From contig CAVQDH010000006.1 of the NCBI GenBank assembly GCA_963711215.1, forward strand, positions 176,737-240,736: a DNA stretch of 64,000 bases, written 5' to 3'. The stretch is from an uncultured Alphaproteobacteria bacterium (GTDB taxonomy: Bacteria > Pseudomonadota > Alphaproteobacteria > UBA8366). Numbering within the stretch: the stretch's first letter is position 1; each line of letters starts with the position of its first letter. Positions 1 to 11,805 of this stretch are shown here, one piece after another. The notes beneath the pieces are model-generated. The model saw nothing but the letters and a program-made list of their open reading frames with translations. It ran no database searches and was not told where the DNA came from. Made by a program: the position numbers and the translations under genes.

Positions 1-127
1 TGCGCCGCCAGCGCAGGCCGGCTACGTCCGATCCGGCGACCTCGTTCCACAGCTTCCAGGAATTCAGCAGCGCGGTCAGCAGGTCGAAGACCACGGCGTC
101 ATAGGTATTCACGTCGGTCGCGGGCAT
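1..127 (-). CDS. 5' end of a gene running off the window (MPATDVNTYDAVVFDLLTALLNSWKLWNEVAG...), possibly a HAD-like hydrolase
   Basis: ATG at 125-127 on the minus strand, preceded by AGGAAAC. Open to the window edge. 'VVFDLLTAL' resembles a HAD motif-I region, but the fragment is too short to be sure. Confidence 0.35.
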   Translation of the reverse strand, partial: MPATDVNTYDAVVFDLLTALLNSWKLWNEVAGSDVAGLRWRR

Positions 128-262
128 GGTTTCCTACGGGTTGTTCAGGTCCGCAACGTGGCCTGCCGCTGCTGGGCCGTCAAGGCGGCGGGCACGCGCC
201 CGGTCGCCGTGACGGCCCGCACGATTTGCGTATTAAACAACCGATCCTTCGTGGAAATGGCC

Positions 263-1279
263 TTACAAATTCGGCTTGTTCTTCTTGGCCGCATCGAGTT
301 TCCGCTGCTTCTCCGCTTCCCCGCCGCTCAACACGGTATTGCGCGAAACCGTCGAGGCGCTGTAGTCGAGCGGGATGTCCCTGACTGTTACAAGAAGCAA
401 TTCCACCACAGCGTTCGCAGCGCGCGCCCAATCCGCTGCCTTCTCGGCGGAGACGTGTTTGCCGCTCCACCCGGTTTTGGTGCCACTCGGCTCGCTCATC
501 GTGAGGTAGGCGTCGACACGCACGGTGCTGAGGCAGGCCGCGCTGGCGCTCCGTTCGGATTTGGGGTCGGGGTTAGAGTGGGCACGCGCCAGATATCCGA
601 CATAGCCCCTCTCTATCTTTCCGCCCATCCAGTCGGTGTTGACAATATTCATTGCATTGCCGCCACCACCGGATGCCGAGCCAGTGGCCAGGCATGTGTC
701 CTTTTCCAACACGGCCATCTGCCCCTTGGACAGAGGATGGCCCTGATAATCGAACAGCCAATAGAGCAAGTTCGTATCAGTCCCGCTCTCGGGGCCGTAT
801 TTCTTGCGCAATTCCGCCACCGTATTGCCGACGCTGGGCGCGGTATCTGGCGTGAATCTCAAATTGCGGCTGATGCCGGTGACGACCGGCTTGCTCGGGT
901 ACATGGTGAAGAGCAGGCCGACATCTTCGCCGCCGGCCGGCGGGGGGTTTTTCACGCCATAAGCGCCGCCGATGAGAGGATGGTCCGGCAGTTGCGAGAA
1001 CTTGAAGCCGATCGAAGAGCGGACGCCGACACCGCCATTGAACATGCCGTCAGCCTTCATCTTGGCGACCGCCTGGTCCTTCGGCATGCCGAGCGTGAAA
1101 TCCCCGGCGCTGAGCTTTGGTGTGTTTTTGATGAGCGCGGCGGTCCCTTCCGCCGTGCCGATATTGGCGGGAACGGGGATAGAGCTGCCGGCGGCCGCTG
1201 CCGGCGTCATTGGCACGAGCGATGTCGCCACCACGATCATGAATGCCGTTGGCAGTGGAATATGACGGATTTTTTTCAT
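263..1279 (-). CDS. Secreted protein of unknown function
   Basis: Internal ATG of ORF 263..1390 gives MKKIRHIPLPTAFMIVVATSLVPMTPAAAAGS, a signal-peptide-like N-terminus. Good GC3 bias. I recognise no family. Confidence 0.6.
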   Translation of the reverse strand: MKKIRHIPLPTAFMIVVATSLVPMTPAAAAGSSIPVPANIGTAEGTAALIKNTPKLSAGDFTLGMPKDQAVAKMKADGMFNGGVGVRSSIGFKFSQLPDHPLIGGAYGVKNPPPAGGEDVGLLFTMYPSKPVVTGISRNLRFTPDTAPSVGNTVAELRKKYGPESGTDTNLLYWLFDYQGHPLSKGQMAVLEKDTCLATGSASGGGGNAMNIVNTDWMGGKIERGYVGYLARAHSNPDPKSERSASAACLSTVRVDAYLTMSEPSGTKTGWSGKHVSAEKAADWARAANAVVELLLVTVRDIPLDYSASTVSRNTVLSGGEAEKQRKLDAAKKNKPNL

Positions 1280-1568
1280 GACGATTAGCCTTTCCAACCA
1301 GACAAGTTTGACGACGGCCGCGAAGACCGGGGCCAGCAATCCGGCATATCTGTGGGTTTCCAGCGTCAACATCGGTCTCTCCGATCCCAAGTCGTGCCTG
1401 ACGTCGCGGGCACGACCGTGACCTGACCCTCGCCGACGACGGCGAAACTCTATCGGCTGTCCGGAATGGCAACCACTATCATTTGATAGGGGCTTCGGGG
1501 GCCGGAGGATTGAACTATCCTAACGGGTTAGAGGAACTTCCGTCCGATCGGATGCGGGTTGCTCCAGG

Positions 1569-2696
1569 CTATAGAAGAGTTTGGATGGCCAGGATCAGGG
1601 AGACCAATTCGGCCTGACGGTGGGTCTGGGTCTTCTCAAAGATCTCGGCCAGCCGTGCGCGCGCGGTTCCATAGCCGATCCGCAACTTCGCCGCGCTGGA
1701 CCGCAAATCTTTTCCCCCGGCTAAAAGATGCGCCAGCTTTGCTTCTGCCGCCGTGAGGCCTAGGGCGGATTGCAGGCTCTTGACCGCTGGCAAGGACCGC
1801 GCTTCCGGATCGATCACGGATATGCAAACCGCTGGCCGCCGTGCCGACAGGTCGCTCAGATCTTGCGAGACCGGCACGACGTGGAGCAAATAAGGCCGCT
1901 TTCCCGAATGTCTTGGCGCCGGCATGATGCCGCCAATGGTGCCAGCTCCGGCAACATTGCCCATCGCTTGTGCGATCAGATGTTGCAAACGATGATTGTC
2001 GGCGGTTCGCGATAGCGCCAATCCGTTGCCGGTCAAATGAATTCCGTCAGCCTGGGCTGCCAGTTGTTCGGCACGCTTATTGGCGTGAATTAGATGCTTC
2101 TGTCCGTCCAACAGCAGAATCGCCGTATCACTGCGGTCGAGAATTTCCGTCAGACACTGATGCAAGGCGCCCAGCGAGCCGACTTGAAAGCCGATTTTCA
2201 GTGCTCGCTCCAGGTGGCCGTAAAGCACGCCGAAGCGTTCCACGTCTTCCGCGCCATACCGATCGCTCTTGCCGATGCGATGCAATGCAACGCCGGCCTA
2301 AATCGACGTTGCGGGCCGGATCTGCCCCAGCAGCCGATACCGCATCTCGGTGTGCTGAAAATGCCAGCTATAATAGGAATTGTGGTCGATCTCTCCTTCC
2401 GAGAGATATTGTCCATCATGCACGATACGCTGGTGGGGATGATTGACGAGGTATTGGACCGTAGGGTCCATCGGCGTCATCCGGGCGAGATATTCGTCAA
2501 TGAACTCCGGCGCGAAATTTATCGAGGTAAAGACAGGCAGCCTCGGCTCGTCCGATGCGTCGAGAACCCAGAAGGTCGCGGCTTGGCTGTTCGTGACCTC
2601 GGCCAGACTCCGCAGGGCTTCCGGCCACCGGGCATTATCCAGCGCGGCGTCGTAAAGCATCTCAATAACGGCGAGAATTCGATCATCGATCGACAT
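1569..2696 (-). pseudogene. LuxR-family transcriptional regulator (N-terminal sensory region plus C-terminal HTH) interrupted by an in-frame TAG
   Basis: ORFs 2298..2696 and 1569..2285 are in the same minus-strand frame, separated only by TAG (2298-2300) plus 4 codons. The C-terminus LTAAEAKLAHLLAGGKDLRSSAAKLRIGYGTARARLAEIFEKT is a LuxR/GerE HTH. The combined length of about 374 aa is typical for this regulator class. Confidence 0.75.
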
Positions 2697-3156
2697 GAAG
2701 TGTGGCTTGTCCGCGGAGCAGCCGAAAGCAATGACCGCTTTTCAAATGCCGCAAGTTTGTTGGAGGGCTGCTGGCGTCGGATCGTTTCGGTCGCCGCCAC
2801 AACCTCGATCGGGCTGGGTGGAACACCGGAAAATATTGTACGGGGCGCTCGCCCCGGTATCAAGCCATTCGAAAGATTGATCGATTTAGTGCAAGATGCC
2901 GTGCCCGCGGCTTATCCTACGGAGCATGCGTTGGGTCGGCGGCTCTGTTGCCGCCTAGTATTTTGATTACGGTCCGGGCTGGTGGACGGGGCCGGCCCAT
3001 CCGGCGACGGGGCCGTGGCCATCGCCAAACAGCCTTATCCGGTGTTCTGCTCTTTTACGTTGGCGAAGTGCGGGTCTGCGTTTCGCACGGGTTCCGCCGG
3101 TGGCGCTATACTGCCGGGGGCGCAATCCCAGGTGAGGCACGAAAGGAAGAAGCGCG

Positions 3157-3944
3157 ATGAGCGACGACACGAAATTCGACGCGGCGACGTTGCAGGCGCT
3201 CGGGGGAAGGCTGGCGGAGATGCTGAAGATCCGGACGCTGCCGATCGCCATGAAGCGGTTCCGCACGGTGGCGGAGATGGAAGCGATCAAGGGCGTGCGC
3301 CGCCCCAAGGCCGGACGGTTCCACACCACCTGCCAGCTCGTGACCCAGGCGCGCATCGCCGGGTTCACCCTTGGCATCACCGGCGCGAATGTCCGGCCGC
3401 AGTCGAATTGCGGCGGCGTCGTCGGGCTGGACCAGCCGTCGGAAGACACGCTCGACGGGACGCGCATGGCCGGCGTGTGGTTCGAGAACAAGGAAGCGGC
3501 CTGCGCCCATCAAACCCAGATGGCGCGCGCGCCCTATGGCGAATACGAGGCATGGTCGTATCGCCGCTGCGCTCCGCGCGGCTCGACGATCCGGACGTCG
3601 TGCTGTTCTACGGCACGCCGGGGCAGACGATCCTGTTCGTCAACGGCCTGCAATGGAAACGCTACAAGCGCTATGACATGACCATCACCGGCGAGAGCGC
3701 GTGCTCGGATTCATGGGGCCGCGCGCTCGCGACCGGCGAGACCAGCATCTCGATTCCCTGCTACGCGGAGCGCCGCTACGGCGGCGTTGCCGACGACGAG
3801 ATGCTGCTCGCCATGCCGCCCGCGGAATTCGCGCGCGGCATCGAGGGGCTGCAGGGGCTCGGCAAGGTCGGGCTGCGCTATCCGATCCCGCCATGGGGCG
3901 CCCAGGCCGATCCGTCGGAGGGCATGTCCGTCAGCTACGGCTGA
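3157..3944 (+). pseudogene. DUF169-family protein, frameshifted near 3551
   Basis: The N-terminal half lies in ORF 3157..3681 up to ...APYGEYEA. It continues as MVVSPLRSARLDDPDVVLFYGTPGQTILFVNGLQWK... in the frame of ORF 2982..3944. Both halves look like one DUF169 protein. Confidence 0.7.
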
Positions 3945-3960
3945 ACGCGCGGGTGATCCG

Positions 3961-4968
3961 ATGAGCGAACAACGGGTCGATACCGTCCGGCTGCAGCGCA
4001 TGGTCCGCGCCTACCGGGAATCCGGTGCGCTGATGGCGGCGGTCGAGCTCGGTCTATTCACGAGGATCGCCGAAGGCGCCGATACCGAAGCCGCGCTGAT
4101 CGACGCCCTCGGCATCGAGCCGGTGAATGCCGAGCGCATCGTCGTCGCCTGCATCGCGCTCGGTCTCGTCCTGCGCGACGGCGACCGACTCAAGAACGCG
4201 CCCGACGTGGCGCGCTTCCTCGTCGAGGGGGAGCGCGGCTACGCCGGCGCGTGGATGCTCTTCACCAAGCCGGACTGGGACGAATGGGGGCGGCTGGCCG
4301 AGCATCTGCGCCGGCCGGGCCCGCCGCTGCCGGAGAACAAGACGGTTGCCGGCATCACGGTGGAGGAGGCGCGGCGCTACCACCGTGCGACCTACAGCAT
4401 CGGCATGGGGGCGGGGCGGCGCTTCCTGCGTCAGGTCGATCTGAGCGGACGGCGCAAGATCATGGATATCGGCGGCGGGTCCGGCGCCTATTGCATCAAT
4501 GCCTGCGGCGCCTATCCGTCGCTTAGCGCGGTCGTGCTGGACCTGCCGCCGGTGGTCGCCGTCGCGCGCGAGTTCATCGCCGAGAACGGCATGGCCGACC
4601 GGGTCGAGGCGGTCGCCTGCGACTTCAACAAGGATGCGTTTCCGACCGACGCCGATGTCGCGATCATGGCGAGCAACCTGCCCATGTACGGGCGCGACGC
4701 GATCGCCGCGGTGGTGAAGAAGGCGCATGACGCGCTGCTGCCGGGCGGCGAGATGCATCTGATCGGCGAAGCGCTCAACGCGGCGCGCACCGGGCCGGCG
4801 GACGCGGCGATGTGGGGGCTCGCCCAGACGATCAAGGCCAGCACGGGGCTCGCGCATTCGGTCCCGGAGGTGGAGAAATATTTCGCCGACGCCGGCTTTC
4901 GCGACATCCGCACGACGGATTTCGTGCCCGGCGTGCTGACGCGCACGGTCGGGCGAAAGGCCGGTTAG
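3961..4968 (+). CDS. SAM-dependent O-methyltransferase (family-2 OMT with N-terminal dimerisation/winged-helix region)
   Basis: ATG at 3961 (MSEQRVDTVRLQRMV...). DIGGGSGAY is a SAM-binding motif I. The layout matches class I O-methyltransferases. Confidence 0.8.
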   Translation: MSEQRVDTVRLQRMVRAYRESGALMAAVELGLFTRIAEGADTEAALIDALGIEPVNAERIVVACIALGLVLRDGDRLKNAPDVARFLVEGERGYAGAWMLFTKPDWDEWGRLAEHLRRPGPPLPENKTVAGITVEEARRYHRATYSIGMGAGRRFLRQVDLSGRRKIMDIGGGSGAYCINACGAYPSLSAVVLDLPPVVAVAREFIAENGMADRVEAVACDFNKDAFPTDADVAIMASNLPMYGRDAIAAVVKKAHDALLPGGEMHLIGEALNAARTGPADAAMWGLAQTIKASTGLAHSVPEVEKYFADAGFRDIRTTDFVPGVLTRTVGRKAG

Positions 4969-5170
4969 GACGGTTGCACGCCGAAGATGCAGGCGCGTCC
5001 ATCGGTTGACACCGCTGATTTAATGATGAAGCATTTTTTCGAGAAGTCGGAAGACTCGAGATAATCGGGGAATCGTCGAGCCATCGTGCTTGTGGCATCG
5101 GTGTTGTGGAGCCTCTTCGAGGCATTCGCGCCCCAACCAAAACCATAATGACAGGCACGGGAGGAAAACC

Positions 5171-6767
5171 ATGAACCGGACTGACGTGCACGACAGTGCG
5201 CGGGTATCGCCCCGCCTGCTGCAATGGCCGATCTTCGCGGTCACGCTGGCGCTCACCATGGGGGTCGGCGCGACGCTGCAGACCGCCGCGGCGCAGAACA
5301 AGATCGTCACCGTGGTCTTGTCGGAAGAGCCCGAAGGTCTCGACGGCTGCAACTCGAACCGCTCGACGGTCGGCCGCGTCGTAAAGCAGAACATCGTCGA
5401 GACCCTGACCGAGATCAATCCGAAGGACGGCAGCATCACGCCGCGTCTCGCCCTCTCATGGCAGAAGGTCAATGACAAGACCTGGCGCTTCAAGCTGCGC
5501 CAGGGCGTGAAGTTCCATGACGGCGCGCCCTTCAACGCGGAAACCGCGGCGAAGGCGATCTACCGTACGATGAACACCAGCGTGAAGACCGGCAACACGC
5601 GCGGCACCGGCGGCCTCGATTGCGAGACGCGCACCAAGTCCTTCGGCGATCTCAAGATCACCGGCAAGGCGGTCGACGAATACACGCTGGAGATCACGGC
5701 GAACAAGCCGGTGCCGATCCTGCCGACGCGCATGGGCGTCGTCTCGCTGTCGTCGCCCAACACGCCGAACGACAAGCTGGTGCTGCATCCCGTCGGCACC
5801 GGGCCCTACGTCTTCGTGAAATGGACGCCGGGCCAGGAAATCGTCCTCAAGCGCAACGAGAGCTATTGGGGCAAGAAGCCCGTGGTCGAAGGCGCGCGCT
5901 ACATCTGGCGCAAGGAATCCGCGGTTCGGGCGGCCATGGTGAAGGTCGGCGAGGCCGACATCGCGCCCAACATCGCGGTGCAGGACGCGACCGACGACGG
6001 GATGGACTTCAGCTATCCCAACTCGGAAACGACGCGTCTGCCGGATCGACGTGACGCGGCCGCCGCTCAACGACCGGCGCGTCCGGCTGGCGCTGAACTA
6101 CGCGATCGACCGCAATGCGCTGCGCGGCAGCGTGCTCTCGAAGGACGTCATTCCCGCGACGCAGATCGTCGTGCCCAGCATCAACGGCCACAATCCCGAC
6201 CTGAAGGTATGGCCCTACGATCCGGCCAAGGCGAAAGCCTTGCTCGCCGAGGCCAAGGCGGCGGGCGTGCCGGTCGACAAGCAGATCGAGATGGTCGGCC
6301 GCATCAACATCTATCCGAACGCGACCGAAACCATGGAAGCGATGATGGCGATGTTCCAGGCGGTCGGCTTCAAGGTGAAGCTCCGCATGCTGGAAGTCGC
6401 GGAATGGCTCGACATCCTGACCAAGCCCTACGCCGAGGATCGCGGGCCGGTGCTGCTGCAGGCGCAGCACGACAACAACAACGGCGACGCCGTCTTCTCG
6501 GTCTTCAACAAGTATGCCTGCAAGGGCGCGCAGGCGACGACCTGTGATCCGAAGCTCGATGCGCTGATCGAGAAGGCGTCGACGCTGTCCGGCGACGAGC
6601 GCCGCAAGGCATGGCAGGAGGTCTTCCGCATCATCAACCAGGACCTCGTGTCGGACGTGTGGATGTTCCACATGGTCGGCTACTCGCGGGTGGGCAAGCG
6701 GATCAACTTCACGCCCAGCATCTCGACCAACAGCGAGCTCCATCTCGAGGACATCACGTTCAAGTAG
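5171..6767 (+). pseudogene. ABC transporter substrate-binding protein (family 5, peptide/nickel/opine type), frameshifted near 6041
   Basis: Starts MNRTDVH... with a signal peptide ...LQTAAAQNK. ORF 5090..6547 is SBP-like up to ...NSETTRL. It continues as RIDVTRPPLNDRRVRLALNYAIDR... in ORF 6051..6767. An extra C in ctgCCgg explains the shift. Confidence 0.8.
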
Positions 6768-6870
6768 GAGCTTGAAGTACCGTTACGTCAGGGGGCGGCC
6801 TGCTCGGGTTCGATCGGGTCGCCCTCTGGCTTCCGAGGGTGCGAAACGGGTCGTTCGAGGGCGAGGGAAT

Positions 6871-7788
6871 ATGGGACGCTATCTGGCACGCCGGTCCGTG
6901 CACAGCGCGTTCGCATTGATCGGGCTGATCGTTGCGGTGTTCTTCCTCGCGCGGCTGACCGGCGATCCGACGAATCTGTTTCTGCCGATCGACGCGTCGC
7001 TGGAGATCCGCAAGGAATTCGCCCACAAGCACGGCTTCGACCGGCCCGCGATCGAGCAGTTCTGGAGCTTTCTCAAGGACGTGTCGCATGGCGACCTCGG
7101 CTACTCGCTGCGCAAGCAGCGCCCGGCCATGGAGCTGGTGCTGGAGGCTTATCCGACCACGCTGAAGCTGGCGGGCACGACGATGGTGATCGCGATCGCG
7201 CTTGCCGTCCTCGTCGGCGCGATGGCGGCCTACCGGCCGGGCGGCGTGTTCGACCGGATCAGCGGGATCGCGTCGCTCGCCGGCGCCAGCGCGCCCGATT
7301 TCTGGATCGCGATCAGCGGCATCCTGATTTTCTCGGTCAGCTTGCGCTGGCTGCCGACTTCCGGCGTCGGCGGCTTTCCCTATTGGATCATGCCGATCAC
7401 CGTGCTGGCCCTGCGTCCCTTCGGCCTGCTGGTCCAGGTCGTGCGCGCCGCCATGATGAACGCCCTGTCCTCCGCCTATGTGAAGACCGCGCGGGCGAAA
7501 GGGGTGAGCGAGCGGACGGTGATCTTCGTCCATGCGCTGCGCAACGCCTGCCTCTCGATCGTGACCGTGGCGGGCGATCTGACGGTCGGGCTGATCAATG
7601 GCGCGGTGATCGTCGAAACGGTGTTCGGCTGGCCCGGCGTCGGCAAGCTGATGATCGATTCCGTCATCCAGCGCGATTTTCCCATCGTCCAGGCCTCCAT
7701 CATGGTCACCGCGACCGCGATCTTCCTGCTCAATATCGCGATCGACCTGATCTACGTGGGGCTCGATCCACGGATACGGCATCAGTAA
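6871..7788 (+). CDS. ABC transporter permease (DppB/OppB-like)
   Basis: Starts MGRYLARRSVHSAFALIGLIVAVFFLARLTGDP. Multi-span permease with a typical binding-protein-dependent transporter fold. Confidence 0.85.
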   Translation: MGRYLARRSVHSAFALIGLIVAVFFLARLTGDPTNLFLPIDASLEIRKEFAHKHGFDRPAIEQFWSFLKDVSHGDLGYSLRKQRPAMELVLEAYPTTLKLAGTTMVIAIALAVLVGAMAAYRPGGVFDRISGIASLAGASAPDFWIAISGILIFSVSLRWLPTSGVGGFPYWIMPITVLALRPFGLLVQVVRAAMMNALSSAYVKTARAKGVSERTVIFVHALRNACLSIVTVAGDLTVGLINGAVIVETVFGWPGVGKLMIDSVIQRDFPIVQASIMVTATAIFLLNIAIDLIYVGLDPRIRHQ

Positions 7789-7807
7789 CAGGTTGGAGCG
7801 GGAAGGG

Positions 7808-8720
7808 ATGGCCCAGGTCACGGCAGAACAGGAAGCGGTCGCCATCCGCCGCGGTCTGCCGTGGTGGCGCCTGCTTCTGCGCGATCCCACCGCGCTCGTC
7901 GCCGCGCTCTGGATGTGCCTGCTCTGCGCCTTCGTGCTTTTCGGCCCGGAAGTGTTCGGCAAGGAAGCGACGGCGATGAACCTCCGCGTCCGCAACCTTC
8001 CGCCCGGGTCGATCGAGCGCGGCTGGCTGATGATCCTGGGCGCGGACCCTCTCGGGCGGAGCATGCTGGCGCGACTCATCGTGGCCACGCGCAACACGCT
8101 TGCCATCGCGCTTACGTCGGTTCTGCTGGCGATGGTGATCGGCGGCTTCTTCGGCCTGATCGCCGGCTATATCGGCCGTGGTGTCGGCAACCTGATCATG
8201 CGGCTGTCCGATATCGTGCAAAGCTTCCCGTCGTTGCTGCTCGCGGTGGTCGTGCTCTACATGCTGGAGCCGCGCGTGGGCAATCTCGTCATCGTGCTCG
8301 CGATCACGCGCATCCCGACCTATCTCCGCGTCACCCGCGCCGAAGTCCTGGAAATCCGGGAGCGCGTCTTCGTCGATGCGGCGCGTGCGCTCGGCGGCAG
8401 CCGCGCCCACATCCTGCGCCGCCATATCGCGCCGGTCGTGGCGCCGACCCTGATGACGATCCTGACGGTCGATTTCGCCATCGTGATGCTGGCCGAGTCC
8501 GGTCTCAGCTTCCTCGGCATCGGCATCCAGCCGCCGGAAATCACCTGGGGCCTGATGGTGGCGCAGGGGCGCAATTATCTGAGCCAGGCCTGGTGGCTCG
8601 CTTTCTTCCCGGGTCTCGCCATCATGTTCGCGACGCTGTCGGCCAATATCCTGTCGAACTGGCTCAGGATCGTGACCGATCCCGTGCAGCGCTGGCGCCT
8701 GGAAGCGCCGGGGGACGACG

Positions 8721-8728
<8 letters not shown>
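7808..8728 (+). CDS. ABC transporter permease (DppC/OppC-like)
   Basis: ORF 7793..8728. I prefer the ATG at 7808 with GGAG upstream. The TTG at 7793 is also possible. Conserved permease core. Confidence 0.8.
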
Positions 8729-9706
<978 letters not shown>

Positions 9707-9717
<11 letters not shown>

Positions 9718-10795
9718 GCGCGCGGCATCGGGACGGAGCGGCGGCGAGCCCATTCTCGAAGTGCGCGGCCTCGTGAAGCATTTTCACGTCGGCGGCGGCT
9801 TTTCGTTCGGCCGGCCGGCCGCCGTGATCCGGGCGGTCGACGATGTCAGCTTCGATCTCCGGCGCGGCGAGACGCTCGGCCTCGTCGGCGAGAGCGGCTG
9901 CGGCAAGTCGACCGTCGCCCGCACGCTGCTGCGCCTCGAAGAGCCGACGGCGGGTCAGGCGCTGTTCCACGGCCGCGACGTCTTTACCGCCGACGAGCGT
10001 GCGCTGAAGGACATTCGGCGGCGCATCCAGGTGATCTTCCAGGATCCCTATGCGTCGCTCAATCCGCGCCTGCGGGTCGAGCAGATCGTCAGCGAGCCTT
10101 GGGTCATCCATGAGGGCGTGCTGCCGCGCGCCGAGTGGCCGGACCGCGTGCGTGCGCTGCTGGAAAGCGTCGGCCTCAGACGCGAGCATGCGGAGCGCTA
10201 TCCGCATGAATTCTCCGGCGGTCAGCGCCAGCGCATCGGCATCGCGCGCGCAATGGCGCTCAACCCGGAGATCCTGATCTGCGACGAGCCGGTTTCGGCG
10301 CTCGACGTATCCGTCCAGGCGCAGGTCGTCAATCTACTGGAGGAGATCCAGCAGCGCTTCGGCATCGCCTATGTCTTCATCGCCCATGACCTGTCGGTGG
10401 TGCGGCATATGTCGCACCGCGTCGCCGTCATGTATCTCGGCCGGATCGTGGAGATCGGCGGCAAGGAGCAGGTGTACAGCCGCCCGCGCCATCCCTACAC
10501 CAAGGCGCTGTTGTCGGCCCAGCCGACGATCGATTTCTCGGGCACGCGGCAGCGCCAGCGGATCATCCTGCAAGGCGAGGTGCCGAGCCCGGCGAACCCG
10601 CCGTCGGGCTGCCGCTTCCGCAGCCGCTGCTGGAAGATGCAGGAGAAATGCAGCGGCGCCGCGCCGCCGCTCGCCGACGGCGCGGAGCCCGGCCATCGGG
10701 TCGCCTGCTATTTTCCGGAAAGAGCCCCGGCGCCGGCTGAGGCGGCCGCGCCGAGCGCGGCCGGTGGCCATGCCAAAGCGGCTTGCCATCGATAA
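9707..10795 (+). CDS. ABC transporter ATP-binding protein (DppF/OppF-like)
   Basis: ATG at 9707 overlaps the end of the preceding ATPase gene. Contains [17 protein letters not shown] and [11 protein letters not shown]. Confidence 0.85.
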
Positions 10796-10843
10796 CGGCG
10801 TGTGGTTTCACGAGAGGCGACCGTTTCGTGACACCGGAAGCCG

Positions 10844-11456
10844 ATGACCCGTATCGAAATTCTGACGCCGCGCGGCGGACTGACCGAACGCATCGACGAC
10901 ATCGCGCGGCTGCGCATCGCCGTCTTTCGCGAATGGCCGTATCTCTACGATGGCGATCTCGATTACGAGCGCCAGTATCTCGGCCGGTATGCGCAATCGC
11001 CGGGATCGGTCTGTGTCGCGGCCTATGACGGGGACAGGATTGATCGGCGCGTCCACGGGCATGCCGCTTGCCGACGAGCATGACCCGATCAAGGCGCCCT
11101 TCATCGCCGCGGGCTTCGATCTCGATCGTATCTATTATTGCGCGGAGTCGGTGCTGCTGCCCCCGTTTCGCGGGCAGGGCATCTATCGCCGGTTCTTCGA
11201 AGCGCGGGAAGATCACGCGCGTAGGCTGGGCGGGTTCGACACGGTCGTCTTCTGCGGCGTTGTCCGTCCCGCGGACCATCCCCTGCGGCCGAAGGACGAC
11301 AGGCCGCTCGATCGGATTTGGCGGCATTTCGGCTATGCGCCGCGCGACGATCTCGTCTGCCATTTCGCCTGGAAGGATGTTGATTGCGAGACCGCGACGG
11401 AAAAGCCGATGCGGTTCTGGCTGAAGCGATTGGAGGACACCCCTGTGGGATTTTGA
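10844..11456 (+). pseudogene. GNAT-family N-acetyltransferase, frameshifted near 11038
   Basis: ORF 10844..11083 runs to ...VAAYDGD. It continues as LIGASTGMPLADE...FRGQGIYRRFFEARE (acetyl-CoA binding motif) in ORF 10950..11456. Confidence 0.65.
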
Positions 11457-11618
11457 GTTGTTCCGCATCACCCCGGCGTCGTCCCCGATCGGGGCAGGTC
11501 TTCAATTATCGCGATTGAGCGGAACGGCCGGGCTTCGCAGGGGTTCCATCCCGATATCTTTGCCGCGGTCGGATGCGTTAATCGACCTCGGCCGGCAAGG
11601 GGCGATGTTTCGGGACGG

Positions 11619-11805
11619 ATTTTAATCCATTGACATGATTAGAGAAAATACGTCAGCTCACGATATTCACGCAATAATATTAAATCAATATAGTTAAACT
11701 ACTTTTAGACTTAAATTTGTCCGTACATTTAAACTAGATTTAATATTTTTATATATACTCTCTTCAAAAGTTGCCGCCAAATCAAATTTTTAGGAAGATA
11801 TATCG
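11619..11805 (+). promoter_or_regulatory. AT-rich upstream island of the globin-coupled chemoreceptor gene, carrying two conserved motifs (11676-11696 and 11725-11742)
   Basis: Composition drops abruptly to mostly A/T in an otherwise GC-rich window. AGGAAG RBS at 11792-11797. The motifs are shared with the island at 32256-32447. Confidence 0.6.

Noticed and set aside
158-1288. 376-aa plus-strand ORF overlapping the secreted-protein gene.
   Set aside because: The composition is shadow-frame-like (R/A/G-rich) with no motif. The minus-strand ORF has a proper signal peptide and start context.
2697-3156. Possible riboswitch or leader upstream of the DUF169 gene. I compared it by eye with cobalamin-like and other GC-rich structured leaders.
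   Set aside because: I could not find any conserved riboswitch core, for example a B12 box. A covariance-model scan would be needed, so I make no claim.
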